The position numbers were made by a program, and so were the translations under genes. Below are positions 13,665 to 25,049 of a stretch of 64,000 nucleotides of DNA, piece after piece; within the stretch, counting starts at the first letter, position 1; each line of letters starts with the position of its first letter. This stretch comes from Macrostomum hystrix (lineage: Eukaryota; Animalia; Platyhelminthes), in contig CATNEN010000001.1 in assembly GCA_950097015.1 (NCBI GenBank), positions 23,374,001 through 23,438,000 of the forward strand, read 5' to 3'. The notes beneath the pieces were generated by a model that saw only the letters and a list, made by a program, of their open reading frames with translations, was not told where the DNA came from and did no database searches.

Positions 13665-14130
13665 ATGTCAGTTTGTCACAATGTCAGTTTGTCATAATGT
13701 CAGTTTGTCACAGTGTCAGTTTGTCACAGTGTCAGTTTGTCACAATGTCAGTTTGTCACAGTGTCAGTTTGTCACAGTGTCAGTTTGTCACAATGTCAGT
13801 TTGTCACAATGTCAGTTTGTCACAATGTCAGTTTGTCACAATGTCAGTTTGTCACAATGTCAGTTTGTCACAATGTCAGTTTGTCACAGTGTCAGTTTGT
13901 CACAATGTCAGTTTGTCACAATGTCAGTTTGTCACAGTGTCAGTTTGTCACAATGTCAGTTTGTCACAGTGTCAGTTTGTCACAATGTCAGTTTGTCACA
14001 ATGTCAGTTTGTCACAATGTCAGTTTGTCACAATGTCAGTTTGTCACAGTGTCAGTTTGTCACAATGTCAGTTTGTCACAGTGTCAGTTTGTCACAGAGT
14101 CAGTTTGTCACAGTTTGTCACAGTGTCAGT
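13665..14130. repeat. 16-bp minisatellite abutting a splice acceptor
   Basis: TGTCAGTTTGTCACA(A/G) tandem copies. Confidence 0.95.
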
Positions 14131-14151
14131 TCTTCACTGCTCCTCACACAG

Positions 14152-14838
14152 GTGCAGTACATGGAGTGGACCAGCTGGTATGCCATCGTGCCCATCATCC
14201 TCAGCACAATGGGCATCCTGTCGACATCCTTCATTATCGCCACATTTGTTCGCTACAATGAAACTCCCTTGGTGAAGGCGTCAGGCAGGGAGCTGAGCTA
14301 CCTGCTGCTCACTGGCTGCCTGCTCTGCTACCTCATGACCTTCCTGCTCATCACGAAGCCGACAGCGTTCACCTGCGCCATGCAGCGCATCGGCATCGGC
14401 GTCGGCTTCGCTGTCATCTACGCCAGCCTGCTGACGAAGACCAACCGCATCGCCAGGATCTTCGAAGCCGCCAGTCAGAGCGCTAGAAGACCGCCGTTCA
14501 TTTCGCCGAAATCGCAGCTGCTGATAGCCGGAGCTCTGATAAGCGTCCAGCTGGCCTGCACCCTAATCTGGATTGTGCTCAGCAACCCGGGCACCAGGAT
14601 TCACCACCCGCAGAGACTCGAGGCCATCCTGAGATGCAACATCGACGACAAATCGCTGATCGTGTCGCTGCTTTACAACATGATCCTCATTCTAATCTGC
14701 ACCTACTACGCCATCAAGACTAGGCGAATTCCCGAGAATTTCAACGAGTCTAAGTTCATAGGATTCACCATGTATACTACTTGCATCATCTGGCTGGCAT
14801 TTGTGCCGCTGTTCTTTGGCACGCATTCGTCATTTGAG
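14152..14838 (+). CDS. mGluR: mGluR exon: TM1-TM6
   Basis: Acceptor CACAG; TPLVKASGRELSY, LLTKTNRIARIF, KTRRIPENFNESKFIGFTMYTTCIIWLAF; donor GTTGGA at 14839. Confidence 0.95.
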
Positions 14839-15214
14839 GTTGGATTTGCGAATCTGTTTGTTGCAATAATATTTGCTTGAGGGCTGCAGTTAAATGTGTC
14901 ACCTGGACGAGAATCGTTGAATATCTCGACAATGCCATGTTTTGTGATCCTGGAAGTTGTTTCATCGGTTAGAGCGGAAAATTTTAGCCCGTGTTCCGGA
15001 TGTTCGTGGCGATGGGTTGAAAAGTTTTTGAAGATGCAGAAAGGAGAAAATGTGGGTATTTGAAGTGCCCCATCTTTCGTATTAGCTTCACGATTAGCTT
15101 GAAGTCAGCAAAATGTGAAAAAAAACTCATAAAAAGACACACACACTCTCACTGGACCTTAATATAAAAATATTTACAACAGAAGCATCCAACCCACTGT
15201 CTGTTGAACTGCAG

Positions 15215-15398
15215 GTGCAAATAACAACCCTCTGCATCAGCATCTCATTATCGGCTTCTGTTGCGCTGGCCTGCCTGTTCACACCCAAAGTCTACATCAT
15301 CTTCTTTCAGCCGGAGAAGAATGTGCGCAAGCTCACAATGAACTCAAATCACTACAAGAAGCAGGCGTCGAGCAGTGCCGGCAGCTGCGGAAACCACA
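15215..15398 (+). CDS. mGluR: mGluR exon: TM7 and proximal C-tail
   Basis: Acceptor TGCAG; [37 protein letters not shown]; donor GTGCGT at 15399 (phase 1). Confidence 0.93.
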
Positions 15399-15559
15399 GT
15401 GCGTTTGGCTTTTTTACATGCGTTATTTGATATTTTAACACGATTCTATTGGGAGTTGGTTATGAAATCCATTGAGGACCAATCCCCAAGCGACAGTGAG
15501 TGCAGGTGTACATATCTATGCGAGTGTGTGCCTGCGTACGAGCGTACACAGTAGGTATC

Positions 15560-15852
15560 TGGCAACATTATTTAGTGACGCTAGACCAGCAGCCAGTGAG
15601 GAGGCAATTCTGCCCATTTCGCTGACTCCTGCAGAGCACGCACGCACACGAACAGTACGCAGGCACACACTCATAGACGTCGTCAGGCAGTAGGCAGTGT
15701 ACACTCTCACTGCGTCTTGGAGGCTGGCCCTCAAGGGCGTCAATTGCACGACAAGCCCCCAAGCCTTCTTTCCGCGGCTGCGCCCCAAATGAATGTGGCC
15801 TCGCCGCGGAATTGAGATCAAGGACATTGGTGCGAGAGGCAAAGGCGTTGGA
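15560..15852 (-). mobile_element. SINE family A
   Basis: Reverse-complement match to the family body, in the last mGluR intron. Confidence 0.82.
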
Positions 15853-15896
15853 CAGACACCCTCCTGGCGCAATATGTCTTTCTTATAATTATTCAG

Positions 15897-16199
15897 TACT
15901 GAAAACTTCGACCCAATTAACCCAATTGTGTACAGAAGAGGGCGGTGGCTCAATCGAGGGCGACTCAAACTCGACCACTCTGCGCACGACGCTGCCTGGC
16001 CAGCTGTACTCGTCCAGGTACTCGGAGGGCCTGGACGATGACCGGGGCATGATCAGGTCAGCCACCCTGGCAAATCCCGGCTTGGCGAAGTCGGCAGGCG
16101 GTGGCGGCTGCATCGACAAAGAGGAAATCCTGGACCTGCATCAGCCGCATCAGAAGCAGCTCTTCGTTCAGCACCACGAGTTCCACCCGCAGCATTGTG

Positions 16200-16230
<31 letters not shown>

Positions 16231-16378
16231 AGAAGAGCATGAAGAGTCGCAACAGGAGAAGCAGCCGTTCAACTGCAAACGTGGCAGTCAGTCGCCGATT
16301 TTACACGCGTACGCGCAGAGCCGCTGCTCCAGCGATGCCGACAGCGCGAATTATCGATACGAAGACGGCTTCGTCTGA
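15897..16378 (+). CDS. mGluR: mGluR terminal exon: low-complexity C-tail with polyQ, ends YEDGFV
   Basis: Acceptor TTCAG ending 15896, phase 1 matches; open to TGA at 16378; AATAAA near 16609. Confidence 0.75.
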
Positions 16379-17009
16379 TTCCAGACCTATTTGTGCTCTT
16401 GATTTGTTGTAAGTGCTCGATTTGAGCACTTTGCACCAGGACATTGCCGCCACTTCGATAGCACGTTCCACACTGTTACACCCAAGCAGTGCACAAATTT
16501 GCAATTGATTTTGATAAATTCGTTTTAACTATTTCACCCAGTTGCTATGGATACGCAAACAATTTCATAAATCTGCAAATTGTATTATATATGTGTGTTA
16601 CTGTCCACAATAAAAATGTTTGTGTGATTGCTATGAACCAGGTTATTTGTCAGCGTGTTGGTTTGTTAGTTGTTTGTTATGTCTGGTTGTATATTTGCTT
16701 GCTTGATGGTTTTGTATTAATTTATGGACATGCCAATCCAATATTGCGTGTTCCGTTGAGCAAGAATTATAGCTACTCACAATGGCGCAGTTTTATTTTG
16801 TAAACTGTCGGACCGAGTGTACTTGTCAAATTATTAAACACTGATTTGAAAATTTAGTTTCGATTCTATGAATTTTTTTGTTATTCTATGTCGAGCTACC
16901 ATGAGTAGGAGGATTTGCATCGGAACGAACTTTATGCAGAAATACTGAAACTTTAATAAATTAACGCTCAGAAAATTCATCGACTGAAATTTATACTTTA
17001 GCTGAAATG

Positions 17010-17500
17010 AAACGAATACTTCAGGGATTTACAGAAACATTTTAGAGATACATGGAAATAATTCCCGAGATTCATTGACATACCTAAGGGATTCATAAAA
17101 AAACTTCATGGATTCCTAGAAATAATTCAGGGATTCTTAGAAACACTTCATGGATTCTTAGAAATACTTCACGGATTCTTAGAAACGCTTCAGGGATTCA
17201 TAGAAATACTTCATGCATTCCTAGAAATTGTTCGTTGATTACTAGAAGCACTTAATGGATTTCTAGAAATACTTCATGGATTCCAAGAAATGCTTCATGG
17301 ATTCCTAGAAATGCTTCATGGATTCCTAGAAATGCTTCATGGATTCCTAGAAATGCTTTACGAATTCTTAGAAACGCTTCAGGGATTCATAGAAATGGTT
17401 CAGGGATACATAGAAATAATTTTGGGATTTATATACATATTTCAGGGATACATAGCAATATTTTACTGATTAACTGAAATACTTCAGGTATACTTCAGGC
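17010..17500. repeat. Degenerate 21-bp minisatellite
   Basis: CTTCATGGATTCCTAGAAATG variants. Confidence 0.8.
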
Positions 17501-18051
17501 TTGAAAAATAAACTCTAGCACGTTGCATGCAGGCACACAAAGCAAGCCTGAATTCGATAGCTGCAGCTGCTGATTGAAGTCATTTGAGCCAATTCCTTAC
17601 TTATAATTCAAAGCTGTTGAATTCAAACACGGCTGCTGTCGCCGCGGCATAAAAGTACATTCATCGTCGCGCCCTCGCCGTTCGGGGCAAACACCTCTGG
17701 CGAAATTTTTCCGCCCGGGCCGAGACTTTTATTTGCCATGGCGATGGGGATTATTAGTATTCACACAATGCCCACGAAATTCAGATAGAGGTGATAAAGC
17801 TATTGGGAAATGGGACTTGGTTAGGGATCCGGCAGCGGGGACGAGAATGGATCGATCGCTCCTCTTCGGTTGGGATATTCTTCGAGAATTCCCCGCAGCA
17901 GCTATGAGTCAGCTCTGCATGCCAGCTCAGAGTTTGATGCATGCCATCCAGCAGCTATGCAAAATTCAACAATGGGATGGCAAGAAGACAGGATAAGTGG
18001 AAACAGCGATTGCAAAGAGAGAAGTGCAGAGGAATGCCATGCTATACCAAT

Positions 18052-18366
18052 AGCCTGTCTAACAGCATCCTACCAGCCTGTCTAACAGCATCCCACCAGC
18101 CTGTCTAACAGCATCCCACCAGCCTGTCTAACAGCATCCCACCAGCCTGTCTAACAGCATCCCACCAGCCTGTCTAACAGCATCCTACCAGCCTGTCTAA
18201 CAGCATCCCACCAGCCTGTCTAACAGCATCCCACCAGCCTGTCTAACGGCATCCCACCAGCCTGTCTAACAGCATCCCAACAGCCTGTCTAACGGCATCC
18301 CACCAGCCTGTCTAACAGCATCCCACCAGCCTGTCTAACAGCATCCCAACAGCCTGTCTAACAGCA
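18052..18366. repeat. 23-bp minisatellite
   Basis: CAGCCTGTCTAACAGCATCCCAC tandem copies. Confidence 0.95.
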
Positions 18367-18601
18367 CGTCACCGATAAAGAATTCTGAGAAAACGTGCTA
18401 TTTCAAATTAATTAGTTATAATTTATCAACCAGCAACTTTTATGGCAACATCGAGGTAAGAAAGACAAAAGCAGAGTTGCAGGTGTGTGGGCCTTAGAAT
18501 AAGTCAACAATGTCTAACATAAACTACATTGAAATACACAGAAGCTAAGATTATTGTTCTCAGGAATGTCTGGTCGAGAAAGTTCAAGTTTCGCCTAGCA
18601 A

Positions 18602-19414
18602 CTAGCAGCGCAAGCAGAAGCAGGACCTGGTCTTTCCACCTTCGGCTGGGCAGACTACCGCGTCGTCGACCAGTATGCCAGCCTCCCAATCATCGTCGTC
18701 CTCTTCCTGCTCGCCGTTCTCCCTGACGATGGAGTCCAAGTCGCAGTCGTGCTGAACAGTCCAATGCGCGACTCGAACCCCCGACTGCAGCCGATCAATC
18801 AGATGCCGACAGGCCCGAAGTTGGCGCCGAAGCAGCCGGCTGGAGTCGGAGTTTCCCGACCCGGCGGGGCCGCTCGTCGAAGCCGGCTCCGGCATCGACG
18901 CCGCGGACGCTTCGGCGGCGGCCGCGGCCACAGCAGCGATGGCGCACCTCTGCTTGCCCGCGTTGCCAACGCTCATCGCGAACCAACGCCGGTCGGGCAG
19001 CCCCAGGCCGGTGTGAACCGGAACTCCCGGTCCCAGCTCAGCTAGCGCAAGGGCCCGCTGGACATTGTCCGCTGTGGACTCCGCCAGTTGAAGCAGCGTG
19101 GCAAATCTGGCCTCCCATTCGCGCCAGCCAGGCGAGTCGCCAGAGTCATTTGAGCTGTTCTCAGCCTGCTGCTGCTGCTGAGCCTGCACTGCCGGCAGTG
19201 TACAGTCTGCTGTCGCTGTCAGAGCCGCCAACAGGCGCGACCACAGCTCGACGAGCTGCTGGAAGGCGACCCGGCTGGCTTCCGAGCCGCCACCGCGCAG
19301 GCTTCCGATCTGCCTGGTGAGAAGCTTGCACTGGGCCAGGCTTCGGCTGAGCTGTCTCAGCTGGGCTGTGAGCTGCTCGAGCGAAACGGTGGTCACTGGA
19401 CTCACAGCTGTCAT
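18602..19414 (-). CDS. Intronless RGS7/RGS9-binding protein (R9AP/R7BP family) homolog, 270 aa
   Basis: Helical N-terminus. VQRALALAELGPGVPVHTGL and LRRQLRACRHLIDRLQSGVRVAHWTVQ resemble R9AP RRALELG..PLVRTGV and LEREVLQVGEMIDNMEMKVNVPRWTVQ (recalled, not searched). C-terminal KTRSCFCLRC. Confidence 0.7.
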   Translation of the reverse strand: MTAVSPVTTVSLEQLTAQLRQLSRSLAQCKLLTRQIGSLRGGGSEASRVAFQQLVELWSRLLAALTATADCTLPAVQAQQQQQAENSSNDSGDSPGWREWEARFATLLQLAESTADNVQRALALAELGPGVPVHTGLGLPDRRWFAMSVGNAGKQRCAIAAVAAAAAEASAASMPEPASTSGPAGSGNSDSSRLLRRQLRACRHLIDRLQSGVRVAHWTVQHDCDLDSIVRENGEQEEDDDDWEAGILVDDAVVCPAEGGKTRSCFCLRC

Positions 19415-20324
19415 GCCTACCTGCTTCCTGCTCTGTGGCTTTGTTCGTTGGTCGTCAAAGTCGGGACAAAATCCTTTTGTTGGGATTTCGATTTGGTCCA
19501 GGAAATAGTAGGGAGAGGGAGAGAAGGCGGAGGGACAGAGAAATTGGGAGCTCGTTTTGTCCGTCCCGGGCCATTGGACAAAACACTGGCGATGGCCGGT
19601 AGGAAAATGTCTACCTGAGCGTACAATGCAGTGCCCTACTCGCCACTCCGGGGCATTTGTTCAACACGGGACGGGGAAGAAAGCTAAAACGGCGCAGAGA
19701 GAGGCGGGATGGATTTTAGGAAATTGGGATTTGAACGACTCTGAAAGCTCCCATGCCGGGGTGGAAAGAAAGAGATTTGTTGAGCGAGAGATGTAGTCGG
19801 TGCAGCACAAGTGCAAGAGCGGAAAAGTGCGGCTGCAAGAGCCAACATGGGAGAAGCAAAAAGCATTCAGACGCTCAGAGATCGAGCAGTTTAACAAAGC
19901 CCGAGCGACGCAGCAGAAGCAGATTTGATCATCAAACAAGAAACTGACAAAAGAAGTTACAGGCATTGTATGAGGGACAGGAGTGTGCTGAGTATCAGAT
20001 TATAGCCAGTTAGACATCAAGGCCTTTCATTGTTCTCAATCGGAGCTCATCACAATGGCTCGAGTGTTCAACAGTAGATTTTTTGAAGAAAAAATTCTTC
20101 CGACAGTGCACGAAACACTCAATGCTACTAAAATGATGGTCATGAATTTTGAGCAGATGGCTTTTGATACCGCTTTTTGCAACTTATCACTTGATGTACT
20201 TTTCTCATACTTCCGATGAAGGCTTAAGAAACCAAATCTGATCATCTGTGAGCTGTGAGATTGTTCGTGCCTGTAAAGTTCTCGAATATTCCCTACTAGA
20301 AACACAAGTTAGTTCGTAGTCGAA

Positions 20325-20490
20325 CGGTCTAACAATGACACTAACAGTCCCGGAGCTCGAATTTCGCGGCGAGGTCACATTCAATAGGAGGCTTGGGGTG
20401 GGCTTGCCATGAAGGTTACACCACCTCAAGGCGCAGTGAGTGTGTACAGTCTGATGATAAGAAAGTCAGGATAGATGTACACACCTTGTA
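20325..20490 (+). mobile_element. SINE family A, degraded partial copy
   Basis: CGCGGCGAGGTCACATTC...GTGTGTACA...GAAAGTCAGG...ATGTACACACC. Confidence 0.6.
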
Positions 20491-21538
20491 TCACCTTAAA
20501 TGAGTATTTGATGGATTGGTAGATTGACGGAACGAGATAGAATTAGCAGAAGGCCACGGGGTTCAAAATCCAGAACACATCCTAAAATTGAAGTAGGCAG
20601 TGGGTATTTTGAAACACCCCTTCAGTCTTTCCCCAGGGAGGGGATGGCGTTGTCTATCTACTGTTAACTGAGAATAACTGTTCACCAATGAGGATGTAAA
20701 AGGACACACTAAAAGCCATCCGTGTCCCACCTGGCCATTGGGACACACACAGTAACCTCGCCTTTGCAAGGCCACAGCTTCTGTCTTCACATCAATCTTT
20801 TTTCAACTGCAGATCAAGTTGCTTACTGATCAGTTAATAGAGAAATCTTTTGAGCAGGGTGACTCAAATCCCTGCAAAATCAATCCCGTTAATGTGTTTA
20901 CCCTTAGCTAATTCTTAATCTAGAACTAGCTTCATAGCAATTTCCAGATTTATTTGATTAAATAAGGCCGATGAACGAAATCGTTTCCTGGAAAAATAGC
21001 AACTTCCTTCTAAAATTTGCGATTCAAATCACGCGCGCCTATCTTCTGTGAGTTAAAGGGGCTAGTCAATATTAATTAATTAAATAACCAAGCAGAGAAG
21101 GAACTGGGACCCCAGGGTCATCATCTGCAGCTTGAGGCAATCATCAGGCTTTTTAGACACTTCAATGAAATCAAAGTGACTCGTTTAAAGATATTAATTT
21201 AGAAATTCCTTGAAACAAGTCTTTCTAGAAGTCTGCCATCACTGCATTTAATTTGTTGGAGTCCCTCGAGACAATGAGATTGGAATTCCGCTTCCAATTT
21301 TGCTCTCTGAGTGATTTAAGTTAAAATTAAAATAAATAGAGATTGAGATAGAGACAGAGGGGAGATAAGAACGGCTTACAGTCTTCGAAACTTGGCCTCT
21401 GAAAGTTCTGCCTAGCATCTTTTTTGGCAAAAGATTTGATAAATTTCACTTGACAAATGGTAAGTTGATTTGGTTACACTGACACCTGTAATTAGCTTTG
21501 GTAAGGCCGGTTCGACAAATAATAGGCATGGGGAGTGG

Positions 21539-22067
21539 CAGTTTATCTGATGGGATCAGACAGTTTATCTGATGGGATCAGACAGTTTATCTGATGGGAT
21601 CAGACAGTTTATCTGATGGGATCAGACAGTTTATCGGATGGGATCAGACAGTTTATCTGATGGGATCAGACAGTTTATCTGATGGGATCAGACAGTTTAT
21701 CTGATGGGATCAGACAGTTTATCTGATGGGATCAGACTGTTTATCTGATGGGATCAGACAGTTTATCTGATGGGATCAGACTGTTTATCTGATGGGATCA
21801 GACAGTTTATCTGATGGGATCAGACAGTTTATCTGATGGGATCAGACAGTTTATCTGATGGGATCAGACAGTTTATCTGATGGGATCAGACTGTTTATCT
21901 GATGGGATCAGACAGTTTATCTGATGGGATCAGACAGTTTATCTGATGGGATCAGACAGTTTATCTGATGGGATCAGACAGTTTATCTGATGGGATCAGA
22001 CAGTTTATCTGATGGGATCAGACAGTTTATCTGATGGGATCAGACAGTTTATCTGATGGGATCAGAT
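21539..22067. repeat. 22-bp hairpin minisatellite
   Basis: CAGTTTATCTGATGGGATCAGA, nearly invariant, about 24 copies. Confidence 0.97.
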
Positions 22068-22086
22068 AGAAGTGACAGTCTATCCT

Positions 22087-22561
22087 ATGGGGAACAGCGC
22101 AATGAGTTTTTTGCCAAATTTTCTCCCCCAATTGATCAAATTAAAGGCCGGAAGTCAAACCGAAGAGGCAGCGGCAGTGCCTGTAATAATCGATGCAGCG
22201 GAGTTTGCCAATCTCTTCGAAGATTGCTTCGATTTCACCTGCTCCTGTGCCAGCTCCGAAGTCTGTTCAGTTGAGAATGACGACAAAGCGTCAACAGGAA
22301 CTGCTCAAATGACGCCACAGATACTGGAACAGATAGGTCGAGCACAAGCGCTGGCCAGTAGGTCTCGAACCACTGACCTACAATCAGTCGCAGGTACTCA
22401 GCTGCTAACAAGCCCGCAAGCTGCCTTCAATCCATGGACTGCGGCTGGGGCGGCCAGGCTGGTCGAGTTGTGCCATCACGTTCGTGGCGGAGACGCGAGG
22501 CGGCACATGATGCGACAGATTCTCCAGGAGTTCGACAAACGGCTGTCTGAGTGTGTGCCAG
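22087..22561 (+). CDS. Hydroxylysine kinase (HYKK/APH-family)-like protein, exon 1
   Basis: TPQILEQIGRAQA and NPWTAAG...RHMMRQILQEF resemble HYKK segments; donor GTGAGT at 22562 (phase 1). Start codon uncertain. Confidence 0.55.
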
Positions 22562-22937
22562 GTGAGTTGGCATGTTAGACGAAGCGAAAGCTAAAGCGAA
22601 ACTCTGTTGGCTTAAAGAAAAAAGCCAACTTCAACGAAGAGAAATGGGTGCTTCAATATTTGTCCGGTCGCGGTGGCTTTCCAGCTTCCGAGAAGACAAA
22701 GTAAAGAGAAAAAGCGATTACACTCCTGTGGGCTGTGGGCCTGATAAGCAGGAGAACTCTCCTTCGCAGTTTACTCTAGCGGGTTAGTTTGCCTTGATAT
22801 TTCGATGCATTTCAATGTGAGCAAACACATTTTAGTACAAATATCTGGGTACTTTTACTGGCAGTGCTTTCGATTCTCGAAGGACATTAGAATTAGAAAG
22901 AGCATCGCAAATTGTCTCATAGAATTCCAAATTAAAT

Positions 22938-23649
22938 TCAGGTAAAGTTGCTCGCTTGGCAAGTAAGATAAATAGAAAGGCGAGAATCAACATTTAAAGA
23001 CATCCGCATTGCAACATCCGCGTCATCTTTCGTTCTGCTAAAGTTGGCAACTTTGTCGGTCGGTTGAAGTCACGTGTTCCCTGTGCTCTTCGTGCTGGTG
23101 TAGTTTACCAATTCAACTGCTCTGATGACCAGAGCGTCTCCTACGTGGGGAAGACTAAAAGGCACCTGCACACTAGAATCAGGGAGCACTGGCTGAAACC
23201 GTCGGCTATTCAAAACCATCTCTTAGAATGTAATAGCTGCTCCAGCTGCAAACCCGAAGAGCGCTTCAAAGTCATTGACCAATGCTCATTTGACTCCAAA
23301 CTGCAGATACTTGAAGCGTTGTACATTAAAGCGCATTCCCCCAACCTCAACACTCAACTCCAACACAGTGGCGCGGGCCATGTTCTCCGTGTGTTCTGAG
23401 GGAGGGGGCACTGGCTGTACATTCTGTACTGTTGGCTGCAACGCTAACAATCCGTCCCTGGACGTTGCCTCTCGACTTACGGACTATCAAATATGTACTG
23501 AAAATATTAAAATTTTGATTAAATTTACACCCAAAAATCTCAGATTTATTCACTTCTCTACTCGCTATATTCGTTTAAAATAAACCTGAAGATGCGCACT
23601 GTTGTGCGAAACGCGTCGTTAAATGTTGATTCTCGCCTTTCTATTTATC
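22938..23649 (+). mobile_element. 5'-truncated Penelope-like element: GIY-YIG endonuclease fragment, pLTR and inverted tail copy
   Basis: ORF 23064-23399: GVVYQFNC..SYVGKTKRHLHTRIREH..SAIQNH..ILEALYIK..PNLN. 31-bp inverted repeat at 22967-22997 / 23619-23649. Flanking direct repeat CCAAATTAAAT at 22927-22937 / 23649-23659. Confidence 0.88.
23581..23622 (+). ncRNA. Minimal type I hammerhead ribozyme (PLE-associated)
   Basis: TAAAC CTGAAGA T GCGCA-ctgt-TGTGC GAAA CGCG TC GTTAA: full core, 5-bp stem II, palindromic ACGCGT stem/loop III; predicted cleavage after C23617. Confidence 0.85.
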
Positions 23650-23671
23650 CAAATTAAATATTTGTAATCAG

Positions 23672-24041
23672 AAGAACAGGTCGGTAGCTGGAACTGGCCG
23701 CAAGTGGACAATGTGACCGTCGGATCCACAAGCGTCGTCAAAAGGCAGACGACGGTTGAACGCGTGACCCTGAGACCCTGGTCCCAGTCACTGTCCGGTC
23801 AGGGATCTTTCGACCTGGCTCTCCTCATCATGCTGGCTAGTCGTCGAGTTCTAGTCGCCAGTCTTCCATCAACGAACGGAGTCGATCCATTCAGGGCGGT
23901 GGCCGGCCCTCTTATACGAGGATTTGCGTCAGAGCTGCCGTTGAGTCGAACTGAACTTAGACGACTGCCTCTTCTAGTGGCCGTGCGTCTGGCACAATGG
24001 CTGGTGCTTAGAGACTGCCTGCTGCTGAGGCACCGGGAGCT
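23672..24041 (+). CDS. HYKK-like protein, exon 2 (C-lobe helices)
   Basis: Acceptor ATCAG ending 23671, phase 1 matches; FDLALLIM...DPFRAVAGPLIRGFASELPLSRTELRRLPLLVAVRLAQWLV matches the HYKK C-lobe pattern; donor GTAAGT at 24042, or stop at 24045 if unspliced. Confidence 0.65.
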
Positions 24042-24197
24042 GTAAGTCCTCGTTCGACACGGGTAATTGCCTACGAAAAGCTCTCTTGGCGAAGAGCGAG
24101 ACAAAGCCAGCGAGAAGACAACTGAATCTACCCTCAGTAAACTATTTCAAAGCTAGAGCTATTACAGGGGTTCACTTGTGGATGTGTTCACACGAAC

Positions 24198-24958
24198 TGT
24201 AAAAGTGCCTGCCCGTATAATAATGAGATCTACCAAACTCACGAGACATGCGACTCCAATCTGAAGCTGGGTTAAATTTCCAATCATAAGTTGATAGCAC
24301 AAATTTCTGTTTTGAAGTTCCTCGCACTGCGGTCATGGAGTAGCTTCGCGCTCGAAGACAAAGGAGTCAGTCGAAAGTGGAGGAATTATAATTCGCACAA
24401 TTCTGAAGACAATCGGCCACCTTGAACTGGATCTCGGTAGTTAGAGGGGTTAAGAGTTAAAGGAATCGCAGGGAAATATAAACTAATACGAAGCAAAACT
24501 AGAAAAAAACCTTCTATGGTCTCTGGTAGCGGGGCACTGTTAATACAGTGCAGAAAGGGTATGGTAAACAGGCGCATCACGTGCTTTCTATTATTAGAAA
24601 CTGACGTCACATAAAAAAGGTAGCAGACCCATAACCGAGGGGTCTGCTGCTAAAAATAGAAACTGAAGTCATGCATGCGTAGGATAAACGTTGGAGAGGA
24701 AATCCTAGGATAGGCAGACGAGTATCTATATATAGACATGAGTCATAAGTACAAGTAAACAGGCAGTGTCCTCTAAAGGATCACGTGAGGAAGACAAAGA
24801 TCTCAAGCACGGATCCAAGTGCCGAGGCAACACCTGAATAATCTAACCTGCCCTTTCAATTCGCTGAGAACCCAGTCAGTTTTATGCTCTTTATAACTGC
24901 ATCTTAGATCAATACAAACCTGTATTCATTTCACTTTCTTCCCTAGGAGTAGCACACA
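24198..24958 (+). mobile_element. Solo-LTR-like element (761 bp; boundaries uncertain)
   Basis: TGT...ACA with GAAC on both sides; TATATATA at about 24727 preceded by the same TF-site set as the other two. Confidence 0.4.
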
Positions 24959-25049
24959 GAACCATAGAAGCTCAAATGGCGAGCAAAATGCAAAGCAAGA
25001 GAAATCTCAACATCTGCAAGAAACAGCGGAACCATCGCACATCGACCTT
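24947..25049 (+). CDS. HYKK-like protein, putative exon 3
   Basis: Acceptor TTTCTTCCCTAG, donor GTGAGT at 25050; converts phase 2 to phase 0 with no stop (SSTQNHRS...HIDL). Confidence 0.4.

Noticed and set aside
19600-20250. Cys-rich fragments suggestive of a decayed integrase-type transposon
   Set aside because: Too fragmentary to assign without a database search.
21539-22067. CRISPR-like palindromic direct repeats
   Set aside because: No unique spacers, no cas genes, eukaryotic context.
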